DNA from: Phoronis australis
Lineage: Eukaryota > Animalia > Phoronida
Length of the DNA stretch: 41,597 bases
NCBI GenBank assembly: GCA_002633005.1
Contig: NMRA01001121.1
Span: 1-41,597, forward strand
Direction: 5' to 3'
Of the stretch, positions 1 to 13,357 are shown piece by piece; position 1 is the stretch's first letter, and each line of letters begins with the position of its first letter. The notes under the pieces are model-generated. The model saw only the letters and a program-made list of their open reading frames with translations, was not told the origin of the DNA and ran no database searches. The position numbers and the translations under genes are program-made.

Positions 1-216
1 GCCATGTCTAAACTGACACTGTGCCATGTCCAAGCTCTGTATCATGATATCTACCAACAGATTATTTTGAAACATTTTTGTAATTTACAACAATGTTAGG
101 AGCCATTGAAAAGGGAAGAATGTGGGAGTTTGACAATTTTATCTGTCCCAAGTTGGTAAGATTTTGTCTTTGAGTGTTATGTAATAAGGTTATTTAAAAT
201 GAATGTTCACTTTCAG

Positions 217-338
217 ATCAAAAAGAAGTCTTTCAAACATTCATCAAATCAATCTTTTACATTGGGAAAGGGAAACGAAGTCGTCCCTACCAACATTTCA
301 ATGAGGCGTTGGAGCAGATGAAACACCCCAAGGAAAAG
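217..338 (+). CDS. ANKLE1: ANKLE1/LEM-3 endonuclease, internal exon (GIY-YIG domain start)
   Basis: tttcag acceptor, gtatgt donor; translates xQKEVFQTFIKSIFYIGKGKRSRPYQHFNEALEQMKHPKEK, matching the ANKLE1 motif IFY(V/I)GKG.R.RPY.H..EAL. Upstream exons lie outside the window. Confidence 0.9.
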
Positions 339-1317
339 GTATGTTTAATTAAAGTGCTTGAAATGACCATTTACCTTGTTTTGATAAGTGACTATATTGT
401 CAGCATCAATAAACTTTCTTTAAAACATTGCATATCACAACTGTGAGTTCAATATCCCAAAATAGGAAAATAGAAGAAAGGCGATTACAATTGAAAATTT
501 CTTAGCACCACAGATTGGAGTGTGATGCATGGACGTACCCAATGCCAGTTTGTCATGTCCATTTCTGAAAAGAGCCAAAGCTCATTCAAAGACTAAGTTG
601 TCACAATCGCCACAAATTCAACGCCTCACCATTCCTTGTTATATCATAATCCACTGGAAATAAGCAACAACATCTGTCGACTTCACACTAAACAAATGTT
701 GCGATCGTTTTGCCTCGATTTTACATAATCTGATTCAACCAGTAGTGTTTGCGGGCGTTCTTATTTGATAACTGATTGACTGGTGATGTTGCTTTCTGGT
801 GCTTTTTGATATGAATTTGGTAATTTTTAGCACTTTAAGTGGCTCTTAATGCAAAGAGAGCTCATAAACCTCTACTGGAGATTGTTTTCTTGAATTAGTT
901 GTCGGTGGGAATTTATTAGCAAAGTTTTCAAAATAAAGTTCGTTCTTTAATACAAAAGATAATACACCCTGACCACAAGGGGGTTTTCTTTGAGCATTTT
1001 TATAGCGGAAAATGCAGGGCAGACTTTAATGACTTGATGCAGTTTACTGAATAATTAAACAAGCTTGGTTCTAAATTTCTTTAATCTTGGTTACTGTATA
1101 AAAAATGGGTACATGTACTAAACAGAAGCGCAAAGCAATGCGTTATACAGAACGGAGTCACACTTTTTTACGTCGGGCGCATGTGGTTGCAGGTAAGGTG
1201 TTCTGTTATCACCATACCTTTTTATCCTATGTACAGAGGTTATGGGCTGGCTCTTTAGTTTAGACAACAGTGTTAAGGGTATCCGGGCCAGATCGGGGAA
1301 TACAAACTGATGCAGAA

Positions 1318-1436
1318 TGCAGATGATACGGTTATTCCTCAGTGCAGATGATATGGTTATACCTCAGTGCAGATGATATGGTTATACCTCAGTGCAGATG
1401 ATATGGTTATACCTCAGTGCAGATGATACAGTTATA
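1318..1436. repeat. 25-bp minisatellite, about 4.7 copies
   Basis: Unit TGCAGATGATATGGTTATACCTCAG starting at 1318, 1343, 1368, 1393, 1418, in an ANKLE1 intron. Confidence 0.9.
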
Positions 1437-1974
1437 AATGTAAATGACTGGCTCAAAGACGCTGTTGGCATAGTTTAGAACTGTCCTTACCTTACAATCA
1501 GTTCTGCTTGGTGTTCAGAAGGATGCAATTTCACTCAGCTTTGTCTTGACAAGTACCATATTTATAAGCAATGGTTCAAGTGCAAAAATCCTCAATTGTT
1601 TCAAAGAAAGTTTCCACTGAAAGATACGTTTTGCAGAAACAAAATGAAATACTATGAGTTTATAGAACGCTGGCTCTAGGTGTTGACCGTTTTTGTTTAG
1701 TGTGAATGACTCATATTCTCTACTTGTTTAATGTTTAAATTGCCTTTGTATATTTAGTGGCACTGTACATTTGTACATAAGTTGACCTTAACTGTTCCTT
1801 GACTAAAACAAAAGTTATTGTATTAAATGTCGTGAGGACACTGTAACTGTGTGGTCTTTGTCGTACTTGTATTGAATAAAAAGATAAACAGATGAGAAAA
1901 CAGTTTACAAAATCTGAATTCCACCGCAACAATTGTCTCTCACAAAATGTAACGACGGCACCATTGATTTTCAG

Positions 1975-2104
1975 GCATCCACTAAAGTGCAACAAATTTT
2001 AGACATTTGGGCATGCGGCTTTGGAGTTATCTCCCTACATGTCTTTCAAAATACCATTCCTGTGGAGGCGTACACTAGAGAAGCATGCATGATTGAGGCG
2101 CTGG
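1975..2104 (+). CDS. ANKLE1: ANKLE1/LEM-3 endonuclease, penultimate exon
   Basis: ttttcag acceptor (phase 0), gtgag donor (phase 1); ASTKVQQILDIWACGFGVISLHVFQNTIPVEAYTREACMIEALG, a highly conserved ANKLE1 segment. Confidence 0.93.
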
Positions 2105-2284
2105 GTGAGAAACTGTTTATGTAGTCACCTTGTACACTACAACATTTGAATCTAGACACTTTTTAAAATTCCCAGGTGAATACTTTGGGTAGGTACTGAC
2201 CGTGTTTCACTTGTTTGCTTTTGATGTGCCTCTAGGAGATTCAGTGCACAAGTTGTATTCAACAGAAAAGAAACATTTATTAAG

Positions 2285-2530
2285 TTCTTTCTTCCGACCT
2301 CTGACCTCTAGTTCAGTCCTTCCAGCGCCTGTCTCCCGCTGTCTTACATGTCCCGATCTCATCCGTTGTACATTTCTCTGTTCTACTCCCCTCACCTCCC
2401 CCCCCTGCAGCCTTCCCCTCACATATCTCTTCTTCCACGTCTATTTACCCCTCATCTTCACCTCACCCCTCATCTTTACCCCATCGGGTTTCCCTCTCTC
2501 CCTCTCAATTCCACTTCCCTCCCCCAAGTA
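2285..2530. repeat. C/T-rich low-complexity tract
   Basis: Strong pyrimidine bias on + strand; overlapping ORFs are P/S/L- or G/R/E-rich compositional artefacts. Confidence 0.7.
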
Positions 2531-3371
2531 ACTCACTAGTTGTCACACAGGTGTGTTGCCATGGAAACAAGAACAAGTACTTTAAAGCACAGCATTTAGT
2601 GGTGGGAATCGGAATATTTTTTAGAATCAATTGATCAGAAACTGTTTCCCAATTCAAGTTTTAATTCTCGATCAGTTTTTGAGTGCCATTGTCACCGAGT
2701 GCTACAAGACTGGTCATTATCATTGGCAATGAGACAGGATCCAAACAGATGTTTTGCTTCTCTTCAGAACATCAAATCACCGCTGCCCTTTACTATCAGA
2801 CAAAGATTCACATGCAGTCGTGTTGAATTTTGCCCTGTTTATGTATTTTTTGTGATCGACATATGTCCTGAATAATACTATAGATAACTGATACCTATGT
2901 CGCAAGCTCATTACCAGAGATGAAAAGGAGACCGAGTAAGAGATATAAGGTCATTTATTATGACTAATACAATTGCAAGAAAATAAAGTGAATACAAATA
3001 TTAAGTAAAATAAAAAATAATAATCTCTGGTGAGATGGACAATAAAAAGCGCCACAGGAGATGTAAGACAACTCATGCCCGTCCGCAATTCAATTATACT
3101 TGACGAAGATTGGCATATTTCTGTGGTGACATTGCCTCATGTGAATTCTTAATTTTTTTGCAAGATCACAGAATCGATTTTTTCTTTACTGTCTTGGAAT
3201 GGATTCCAATTCAAAGTTTTCCTTGAGCAGCAAATTTGGCCACAATTTGTCAAGTTGTTGCAACATTAATAAGCCACATCAATTTTAAACCTTTGACCTG
3301 AACCAACTACACTTAGTCTGGCTTAACCAATAGTACTAAAGTTCACATTGGTGATTGGCTTATTATTGTAG

Positions 3372-3538
3372 GTCTGTCGAGATTGACCAATCAGAAGAGA
3401 GGTGACTTCTATGGTGTGTCTAGCACTTGGCCAATGAAAAAAAAGCGTCAGATGGGAATTCACCTGTTGAAAAGAGCCATGGGCATCTTTGTTCTTGAGG
3501 GGGAACGTCAGATCAGGCCAGCTGATATTGGTGGCTAA
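3372..3538 (+). CDS. ANKLE1: ANKLE1/LEM-3 endonuclease, terminal exon
   Basis: tgtag acceptor (phase 1, fits previous donor); (G)LSRLTNQKRGDFYGVSSTWPMKKKRQMGIHLLKRAMGIFVLEGERQIRPADIGG then TAA at 3536-3538; matches the ANKLE1 C-terminus LTNQK.G..YG...W...EGERQ..P.DI. Not in the supplied ORF track. Confidence 0.92.
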
Positions 3539-3981
3539 TGTACATGTACCAGGTCTGACTGGCATCAGCACTCTGCTTGTACATGTACATGTACCAGGTC
3601 TGACTGGCATCAGCGCTCTGCTTGTACATGTACATGTACCAGGTCTGACTGGCATCAGCGCTCCGCTTGTACATGTACATCTACCATGTCTGACTGGCAT
3701 CAGCACTCCCCTTGTACATGCACATGTACCAGGTCTGACTGGCATCAGCGCTCCCCTTGTACATGTACATGTACCAGGTCTGACTGGCATCAGTGCTCAT
3801 CTTGTACATGTACATGTACCAGGTCTGACTGGCATCAGCACTCCCCTTCATGTACATGTACCAGGTCTGACTGGCATCAGCACTCCCCTTGTACATTTAC
3901 ATGTACCAGGTCTGACTGGCATCAGCACTCCCCTTGTACATGTACATGTACCAGGTCTGACTGGCATCAGTGCTCCGCTTG
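3539..3981. repeat. 45-bp minisatellite, about 10 copies, immediately after the ANKLE1 stop
   Basis: Unit GTACATGTACATGTACCAGGTCTGACTGGCATCAGCACTCCCCTT; one copy is 3 nt shorter. Confidence 0.95.
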
Positions 3982-6719
3982 TGACTGCCTCCTAAACTGA
4001 CCTACAGCTTTGCCTCATTTTTCAAGTGTCATGTGATGTAATTGGTCGATTTGGAGGTACAAGTCCTGAATTAAGTATGTGGTCGTAAGACACTAACTAC
4101 ATCACAACATGACTTGAGCAGTATTAGGTATCCTTAAGGCACTGCAGATGGCAAAACTGTTTGTTCTGTTCAGGATACATCTGATGGTAATGCATTTTCA
4201 CAAACTGTCCATAGGTGTCAGGCTGTGCTTTCTTGTAAGATTTGTTAGATTGCAGTGCCTTCTGTTTCCTGTTGTCAGCTATGCTTTTATCACTTAGTGC
4301 CTGACACATTTTATGTAACAGCAGCTATTATTGAAAGTTCTGCAACTCTGCATGATATGCATGTCACAATCCTCCAGTCTATGTCAATCCTTGTCCAATA
4401 GCAAGTGTATACATGTACGTGAATTAAGTTGTTAGAACAAACTTTGTCTCGATAATGAGCCACTCATAAAGCCACCTGATGTCACATTTCATAATTACAA
4501 ACATTGTGTGGCTGTCTTTGTCAACTTTGTGACACTTGCACTTTTAGTCTATTTTTAGGCACCGTGATTTTAATTTACTGTTCTATGTAAAATAGAAAGA
4601 CAGTGTTAAACAATTTTATTGCTCGTGTTGTAAAACAGGTTTGTTCAAGGTGTTTCATTAGGTTCATAATTTTATTTTTTTAAGGGAAAGTATATTGTAA
4701 CATTTGGAGTTCCATTGTTAATGATTTAATTTTAGACTTGAAATCTTTAAATCATTGTTACCTGCGGTGTCAGGTGGAAAGTATTCAGAAACTACATATA
4801 CAATAACTCTATATCACATTGGTAAAAATCTCAATGTCGTTGTGTTCTCTCTGTGTCAGGTGGAATGTAGTAAAAAACTGCATACAACTCTCTTTCAACT
4901 CGTTAAAAATCTCAATTCAGGGCAATGGACCGATACAATGTGCCCGAAATTTTAGAACTAGTTTTGTTCACTGAATATTCATCTGAAATCAATATGGCTC
5001 TCAAAATACGGGCATGTTATATCAGACTATTGTCCATGTGAGGACATTATGGGATGGATAAGTGCACTTTTTTCCATATGATGTGCAGCGGCTAGCAGAA
5101 GTGTGTACCAGTTCAATAACACAGCTACCACATGACAATGTTTGGAAATATCAAGTTGTGAATATTCGCAACAGAGTTAGAAAGTGAGAAAGGCAATTTT
5201 GGCTGAAATTGGCAAGACTTTAACATTCTTCCACTCAGCAGAGGGAAGTTTGGACTTTGGTACATTGTGCTAAGTTTTGACAAGTTTTAGCTTAACTTTT
5301 TAAGTCTTAACAGAGACTTATGAATAGGAGTGTTTTTGTTGCAGTCTGCGTTTACGCTCTGTATCAACAGAAATGTTGGCGAGACACTTTAGTGAACCAT
5401 GGACCGGGAAGGAAATTTGACTAAAAATTGTGCAGTGCTGTTATAATGTGGCTCTATGAAGGATGTATGCTTTTTTTCTGTGACACAAGGTTTTTGTGGC
5501 AGACATATATACATGGTTGTTTTACCATGTACCTTTGCTAAATCGTGTATAGATTAGAAATTGCAGGTTAACATGGTAAAGTTACCCACGTGATGTGGAA
5601 CCAATGGTTGAACCTAACTCACTGGACAGTAGGGACGGCACTGCTGTCTACAGATTTGTTCCTCAACTAGGTGTGGGATATCAAACACGGTTTTGCAATA
5701 GATTCGTCTCTTTTCAGAGCACAATCGTTCCCGAAATACCTTTCAGACCAGTCTGACTGTATGATAAATGACAAATATTCATGGCTTTACAACTTTATTT
5801 CTGAAGTGAAGCAATTATACACTTGGAACGGTGGCTCCTAGATATACATTATACGCTTTAGCAAGCTTCTCTAAATCAACCGTGAGAACACGTGTCACCG
5901 CCCACCCTGGTGATATATAGTGTTGTGCAGGGCAATTACCGCGTAAGCGATGACTTCCCCACAATAAAATACTGGCTGAAGTAAACTGAAATCCCAAGGA
6001 CAAAAACTATTAATTTTCTAATGTGTTCGGCTTCTGAAATTGAATTCCTCGTGAAAAGTTAGACAAAAGTGTACAATATTTTCACGGAAGTTTACGATAA
6101 AATTAGCCAAAACATTGCAATGTGTTTTTACTTGTTGATTATGCTAATGGTAGATTCGCCACGCGTCCCTCAGTATTTTCTAGGTTTACACACCACAGAC
6201 TGAAATGTGCTAGCAAAGCTCAAAACGGTACCCATGTTGCAAATCACGGAATTGAATCTGTGAGAAGTCAGACCTATACAGTTTTTCCCATACGTAACTG
6301 TGGATCACAGATTTATGTTGAAAACTCCCGTCTTAATTGTTCGTACTTCCACAATGTTTGGTGAGCGTTTGGTTTTGATGAGTCCACATTCCATTATCAT
6401 TCATTGGTGACGGGTTTTTCTTCATTTACAGATTTTCATGGAGTACATTTGAGTGTGAATCGCAGAACTTTATTTTCTCTAAAAATTGTATACCCACTAA
6501 AAAGCGTACATGTAGATTAAACATTCTCCATCCTAACTAATGCTCACCTCATACGAGCGAGCGTATACGCACAAGCACGCATGGCACAGACGCGCACACC
6601 CACACTCGCAAACACACACGCAAAACAAAAACACACACATATTCTAACTAGTGCATTAACGGGGACATTATCGCTCTTAATGCCGACAAACGCATGCAAT
6701 CTTATTCTCCAAGCCATGT

Positions 6720-6977
6720 TCATTGAGGTTCTCCCTCGGGGAATATCTCGTTGCACAGAACTTCATTAGTGCTGCGCATGTGGTGATAGATCGCTTCCAT
6801 ACGAATACCACGTTCAACACCGTTGATCTGAGGCCCTGCGGGTAGGCCTACCAGATGACGGTAATGACCACTATGCATCACAGCAACACGGGCGTTATCA
6901 TGTGCGTCGCTAACCAATCCTGGAGATCCAGAACTTCCACGGTTCATATTCTCACTCGCTTGGTACAGAGCCTCATG
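6720..6977 (-). CDS. ROCO-protease terminal exon: catalytic Ser of trypsin-like domain
   Basis: ttttttctag acceptor, phase 0; HEALYQASENMNRGSSGSPGLVSDAHDNARVAVMHSG...VERGIRMEAIYHHM...stop; GSSGSP nucleophile motif and xMH motif as in FAM111/Trypsin_2 proteases. Confidence 0.8.
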   Translation of the reverse strand, partial: HEALYQASENMNRGSSGSPGLVSDAHDNARVAVMHSGHYRHLVGLPAGPQINGVERGIRMEAIYHHMRSTNEVLCNEIFPEGEPQ

Positions 6978-7799
6978 CTAGAAAAAATAAACAATTCCCG
7001 AGCGAAAATTGCTGGAAAATATCCCTACTTATATTTAAACAAATTTTAAATGTAACTTGGGGTTTGTATTTAGGCACACATTTACAGGGAAATGTCAATT
7101 AATTTTAAAAAGAAATTAATTCAAGGTTTGTTTACGCAATTAAATTTGCACGAGGTCTGTCATCTTAAACCAGACCACTCTTAGTGCACAGAATGTCGGA
7201 CTGATTGTCCACATGAGGGCACAAGGAATTCATTCTTGAGTGTCAGTTTTCAAAGTAAACATTAAATATTAGCTGGTGGATATTATCTCTGAGAATTCAA
7301 AAATAATTGGCACAGATAAAAGATTCTTGTCATGAATCTGGGATTTTAAAGTCCTAGCTTTGGACAAACCTTGATGGAAAAGCAGAAAATTTATAGATTT
7401 TAGGTCGTTAATCACATTAATTATGGATAACATCAGGAGCTTTTAGTTATTTAGTTTCCATTCAGGCCCGTAGGAAGGTAAAAATTATTGGGGGGGCACC
7501 GACCCTGGTCGATACGTAACTTCTAATTTCGAAACCACTGCGTTGCACTGGGGAGTATATATCAACGCTGTAAAATGAACTACTGCAACCACTAGGTACG
7601 TTTTGAATTATATGAAAAAATATGTCTACTGATAATAAGGTGTGTAACAGATGCTGTACTTTTAGAGTTAATTTTTTGTTAAGATTGACTGGAAATTTTT
7701 GGAGCAACATACATGCCGCTCATACGATTACTCTTGTTGAACAGTAAGAATGAAGGTGTGAAATAATTGTAAATGTTTTTATTTACTCTTCAACATAAA

Positions 7800-10700
7800 T
7801 CAGTGGACGTTGCCCTGCTGCACACAGGAACTCTGGCTGTAGCTAAGTCTAACGTGGTAAAAACCCCCGAGTTGTGCCTTTCGCGCTTCACTTCCTCGTA
7901 CAAAATCGTTTGCCACATCCACCAAATTTAGCTTATCGCACATGTCTTTGTGAACATGGAGCAACATTAAATGGTTCAACCTACCCCTGTCCCATTGTGG
8001 AACGTAAATATGACTTAACACGCCTAAGAGCACTAAATGCTCGTTCGCTACTGGCATTTGTTGCAGGCATCACTAACAGCAAGTTTGCTAGTTTAATTAC
8101 ATTTTCGATCAAGTGTTTTTGACCGGCTGATAATTTCTGCAAATGATCCACAACACGAGACAATGTTACCTCTTGACTACCATCCTGTGCATAATTGGCC
8201 CCAAACGTAGCCAGGTGACAGCGCAGTGTTGAATCAAAATCATCTTCATAAAAACTGATAACATCTTGGTATTCATTTTCAAAGTTTTCCCCTTTTGCCG
8301 CCTTGAGTATCAGCTCCTCACACTGCATATAAATTTTGTAATCTTCTTGATCAAACCTGTCCCGTATTGATGCAATGATATTGTCAAGAGCTTCAAAATA
8401 AATTCTTCTATAATAATCTTCTGGACTCGAAGAAAACTCCGGAGGCGCATTTCCTGTTTCGTATCTAGCGGGTTTTCTATTGCGTCTAGGGAGACCAGGA
8501 TCTTTGACGTGATGACCCTTTGCACAAGCTGGGAATTCATCCCAGAAGTTTTTAAATTCTCTGTCGTTTCTCATCCGTTCTAATGTAGTAAGGGTCATTT
8601 TGGCAATCTTTTGAGCCTCAGCCGCGGACATCTGAACGCTTTGTAAAGTTGTACTCAGATTGTCAGCATGCACCAACAGGCGCTCTGAAAGTACTAAACC
8701 GTAAAAGAAACTAAACTGTGTCATGTGAGACTGAATTCCACGTATCCGCGCTTTCATTTCTGAATCATTGCAATTTTGGACTCCCCAGGACCAGAGTTCC
8801 TGTAAACAATCATAGTTACCTATCACACGATTCAGAGCGTCAGCCTTCACGGTCCATCTCGTTGGACACAGTTGCCGAATATTACCCACTTCTCTGTCGT
8901 CAAGCAACGCATCTCGTATTTTATTCAACTGTGCGTCACGTTTGGGAGATTTTTTTATCAGTTTGGTAATTTCGTACGTGGTGTCTAAAGCATCTGCCAT
9001 CAGCTTGCATCGTTTGATACTATCTGAGCAGGCAAGATTCAACGCGTGGCCATAACAATGTGTGTACAGGGCGCGATGTTCTTCCTGTTTAATGTTGACA
9101 ACGACTCCATTTTTGGACCCACTCATTGTGCTGCAACCATCATAGCATTGACCACGACATCTGCTTAAAGACAAGTTCATCCGCAACAGTGTGTCTTTTA
9201 GAAGTGACGTAATTGTTTGGGCATCCATCAATTCCAAGCGGCGAAATCCGATGAAATCTTCATGGGGTTGTAATGATTCGTCTACCCATCGGATACAAAC
9301 GACGAGTTGTTCGCTATTAGACACGTCAGTAGTTTCGTCTGCCAGTATACTAAAATAAGGACTGCCGCGAATGCACGACGCTATTTCTCGGAGAACTTTT
9401 AAAGCCATCAGTTTGATCGCTTCATTTTGAATATCTGGAGACGTATATTTATTTGTTTTCTGCGACAACCATGATTTCAAAATATCTGTCTCTGTTTCTT
9501 TTAGATGGAGTAGTTGAATAAAATTGGAATCTTGTTCATCTCCGTCACCCCTAAACGGTATACCTTGTCTTGCCAAAAAACGTATGTTTGTTAATATTTT
9601 CAGGAACATTCTGCGGTTTTTCGCTTTTTGCTCTCCGTGGGCTGTTGACAGTTGTTCCGCAACATCTTTGACAGACAACTTCACTATCAGTGTGCGTTCC
9701 ATTGCTTCTTTATGGCACTCAGATTTCTCATGCTTCGTAAAGCCAGACGTCTTGTCAGTAGCCTTTTTCCAGTTGGTATAACCGGTAACAACAAATGATA
9801 GCTCTTGTTTTGCTGAAGACAGCAGACCCATGTGGTAAGCTTTTGCACATATGTGACACAACACCTTATCTTCCCCCTCAATATAATGCAGCCACGGCCA
9901 TGAGATAAACCACTGTTTTTGAAATTGACGATTTTTCTTGCCAAAAGGTCGTTTTGGAAAGACGTGATTTGAAGGTTGGTGTGGATGCTCGGGAATGTCG
10001 TGTAAACCACGTTTTTCTTGCATGGTGTGAGCCGACTGAGAAGAACTGTTTTGGTGAGTGTGGGAGTTTTCACTTGGTGCTGAAGAGCTACAATAAAGCT
10101 CCTGTGACTGGCTCGATGGTTCTAAATTCGTAGTACCAGATTTGTGAGTCCCAGCGTTCACCACAAGTGGCTCTGTGTGCAATGTGGCTTCTTCAGAAGT
10201 GCTGTTTGCTAACTGCGTAGGACAGCTACTGTGGGACTCCAGGACGTCCGATAGTTCTGTGTTTGACGTTTCAGAGTTACTTTTTATATTCCAAGCTGAA
10301 GCACCTCCAGGTTTAGTGCGTGATGCGCCGCCTATTAAGTGAGTTTCGAGCGTGAGTGAGTTACTGGTTACAGGTAGGGATTTTACCTTAAAGAAGGCAC
10401 CTATTTTTCTTTGGTGACTGGAAGCGTGCTGCTTCTTTGCTCTTGAACATTCCTGGGAATCGTCGCAAAATCTTTTTTTATTCATTTGACACTCAGGTAC
10501 AGGGCGTGTGTTTTTTATTCTAACTGCTACGACATGATTTGGTTCAAAAATCGCGCCGGGTCGGTTGTCAAGATTTCCATCTCTAGACCACAAGAAAATC
10601 GCATATTTGTTGCATGAAGCATTTCCTAACACACGTGGTAAGATCTCCCCATGAAGGGAATGAACACTTTTTCCTACGTCGGGATATACGCTTGTTACTG

Positions 10701-10994
10701 GCATTTTCAATACAGACGACAGACCCATGACAGCCATGAGACCACTCCAATTCCCATCGTGGCACAGATGCTTTGCCTCTCTTACAATGGCTGCTTCATT
10801 ATCATCGTTTACAGTGTCTCCAAGACCGTCCTCCTGAGACATTACCACAGTGAATAATGTTTGAAAATCCGAAGATATAGAGTTTTCTTTCTGAGTAGCA
10901 GCAATAACGTGTGGGTGCCTTGCATAAAAGTCAGAGTGAATGAAGAGCTCGGCTGCAGTCAGCAGCCTTAATGTCACGTGGAGGGATTCGTCAC
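7800..10994 (-). CDS. hAT transposase, main exon (C-terminal part of OTU-like domain, TTF-type Zn finger, DDE core, dimerisation domain); 1-nt frameshift near the C-terminus
   Basis: tttatag acceptor phase 1; RQFQKQWFISWPWLHY...CHIC...WK...KHEKSECH; FSILADETTD, GQCYDG, HCYGH, CPTRW, ASSERAFS. Stop at 7981-7983 after RSTMGQG; the expected RLNHLMLLHVHKD continues in another frame to 7800; AATAAA on minus strand at 7778-7783. Confidence 0.9.
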
Positions 10995-12915
10995 CTATAA
11001 ACAGAAATTAAGCAACTGCAAGGTTGTATCAAGAGATTACTTGCCTTTATAAAATAAGGCCATGCGATACTTTAGATAGGTTTTGAAATTCTGTGTAATG
11101 ACAAGAAATTCGTAAATGGGCCTTATTCCAGGAATGAGTTTATAGACATAATTTCGACTTTCCGAAATGGCACTTTTAGTGAATGCCAATGGATTTTTTC
11201 CCATTTCACGTCCCCAACTTCATGGCAAATGCCCAAAATGCGCTCATACACAGAACAAAGTACGGGATGATAGTTGTTTCAAAGGGACAAGCCACATACA
11301 TGTAACCGCCGTCGCGAACCTAACATTACTATTTGCACAATTTCAGGTTAGTTTTCTGCTAGGAAACCGGAAACTTGTCGCAATTTTTTATAATCTAAGT
11401 TTTGCATTTTGTGCTTTTAAAGTTATGTAGAACCTAATAAGAGTTCCAATTTTTTCCAAATTCAAAAATGTATTGAATTTGCATCGAACTTTCAAATTCC
11501 GATACACTGTTCTCGAACACGCTGTTAGGAATTTTTCTTAAAATGTTCGACTTTTGCATGAGGGCTAATCAAAATAGTGCTTCAGATTTTTATGAAAACG
11601 TTTTAAAGTTGCATAAAACGAAAACGAAACGATATTTTAGAAAATTGTAACAGCGTTTTTGAGATTTTATCTTAAACAATTATACTACACGAAATTTGCG
11701 CATGCTATTGACGCCGTTGTTTTGTTTGATTAACAGAATGTACCTTATTAATTTGCTAAATTTTCCTATAAGTTAATGTCAAGCAACCTATTTAGTTGCG
11801 GACTGGTATGAAATCAAAAATCAAATTCTACGGAATTACTACTTTCCAAAAATATACTTTTGCTGGGCTAAGTTGTATACAATTTAGTATATATGTATTT
11901 GGCTAAATATACAGGCATGACGAGAAGGTGCTACATAACCTTAGTAAGGCGCGATGTGTTAATGTAAAAACTAATTTTGTATTTTTAGGCTGTTGTGATA
12001 ATTTGCATAGGCTATTTACTTCGTAGTTTCTGTTAAACACGCACTCCGCTAATGGGCGTCATTTTGCTTCTCCAAATTGAACTTTGGTTCATTTGACATT
12101 TAGTAGTACAGCAAAGCCTATAACATATTTTTTAACGTACATGTATTTCTTTTACTTTTTGGGTATGAAAGAAGGAATTCTGTGTTTCATATTCTTATGT
12201 TTCACTGAGCTACTACTCGCGTTTCATAAGAAAGTGAAATACGTTTCTGATTTCCCCGTTATAATGCGACACTATGGGACTTACTAAAGTAGTTCACAAA
12301 TTCTATTTTGTCATTGTACTACAGCCACTGTTGAATGCTATCCGGAAATATGGTGAACAAACAAAATTTGAGACCAAAATGCAAAAGGTGCACGTGTATT
12401 ATCACCGTGGTCAAATCAATAACTGCTTCCTGTGCAAACGATCAAATCTACGGTCTTCCAGCATAGGAGTTGAGTGAACGTAGTTAATGTTAAATGCATG
12501 CACTTTATGCATGAATACCACAGTTGGAGAAAGTAGTCTGCACTATAGATAAACTGTGGGTCGTTGACCCCTTTTTTCAATTTTTCACTCCCAGTTCTTT
12601 GGAAATTTCATTGAAAATATTTAAACTCTTTAATTTTAGAGAATGAGCGTTAATACTATAAGTTTTTCGTCATTATACAAGTTATTGTCACACAAGTTAA
12701 GATATATCTCTATTCATCACCATTTAAAACAGGGTACACGTTTGAATTAGCCGATACCTCAAAACCCAGGCATTTTCTACCATAATAGCCAATGACTTCT
12801 ATTTTAGCAACGGGTAATTCATTACATTTCTAGACAGACCGTGTGATTTGTCGTTTACATTCAGCAAAAACACGATCAGAAAACAAACACTATGAGCCAA
12901 AATCGATTCTTAATA

Positions 12916-13052
12916 CATGGGCGGCGCACTATAGGGGGCTGAGAGGCTATCACCCCCCTTAATTCAGTGGTGCACCGTCCGCGGGCGTAGGCGGCGCACC
13001 TGATAGGGGGCTGAGGGAATATAGCTCCCCACTAAATGCTGCGCCGCCCATG
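12916..13052. mobile_element. 137-bp MITE nested in the transposase intron
   Basis: 13-bp TIRs CATGGGCGGCGCA / TGCGCCGCCCATG, flanked both sides by TAATA. Confidence 0.8.
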
Positions 13053-13107
13053 TAATATCGACTAAAGTAAAAGTCAAAAATCTATTACGAAAAATATAAA
13101 GTTATAC

Positions 13108-13357
13108 CAGTTATGCAAAGAGAAGCGGCTCGAAATAAACAGTTGCCGTCCCCAGATGTGCGAATGGGTTCGTGTGTTGACTGGTGAGATTCGGGAATTA
13201 TGCATTTTGCGAACTCGTCGATCAGAGCATTTTCCAACAAACTAGATGTAGAAAGAGGGGATTCAACAGCTTGTGTTACAAGGTTACTGTATGTGTCGTA
13301 TAGACTTCCAGCTTTCTGCGAGTCGTATCCAATCGACGCCACGAGTTCTCCAAGGCC
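13108..13357 (-). CDS. hAT transposase exon 2: OTU/vertnin-like catalytic Cys loop
   Basis: ttttacag acceptor phase 0, gtataa donor phase 1; ...PIRTSGDGNCLFRAASLCIT(G) joins in frame to DESLHVTLRLLTAAELFIHSDFY of the main exon. Confidence 0.82.

Noticed and set aside
3539-3981. CRISPR-like appearance of this and the 25-bp and 26-bp arrays
   Set aside because: No unique spacers, no cas genes, eukaryotic intron-containing context.
3323-4000. Four overlapping ORFs with repeated peptides (VHVHVPGLTG, CTCTRSDWHQ etc.)
   Set aside because: Artefacts of a stop-free 45-bp repeat; the real coding frame is the ANKLE1 last exon ending at 3538.
4767-4917. Two degenerate copies of an approximately 86-bp sequence starting GTGTCAGGTGGAA
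   Set aside because: Old local duplication with no further structure.
5815-6003. 62-aa minus ORF as an extra terminal exon of the ROCO gene
   Set aside because: The 6977-6720 exon already ends in a stop after a complete protease domain; no recognisable motif.
8310-10857. Short ORFs overlapping the transposase
   Set aside because: Alternate-frame or antisense shadows of the long transposase ORF.
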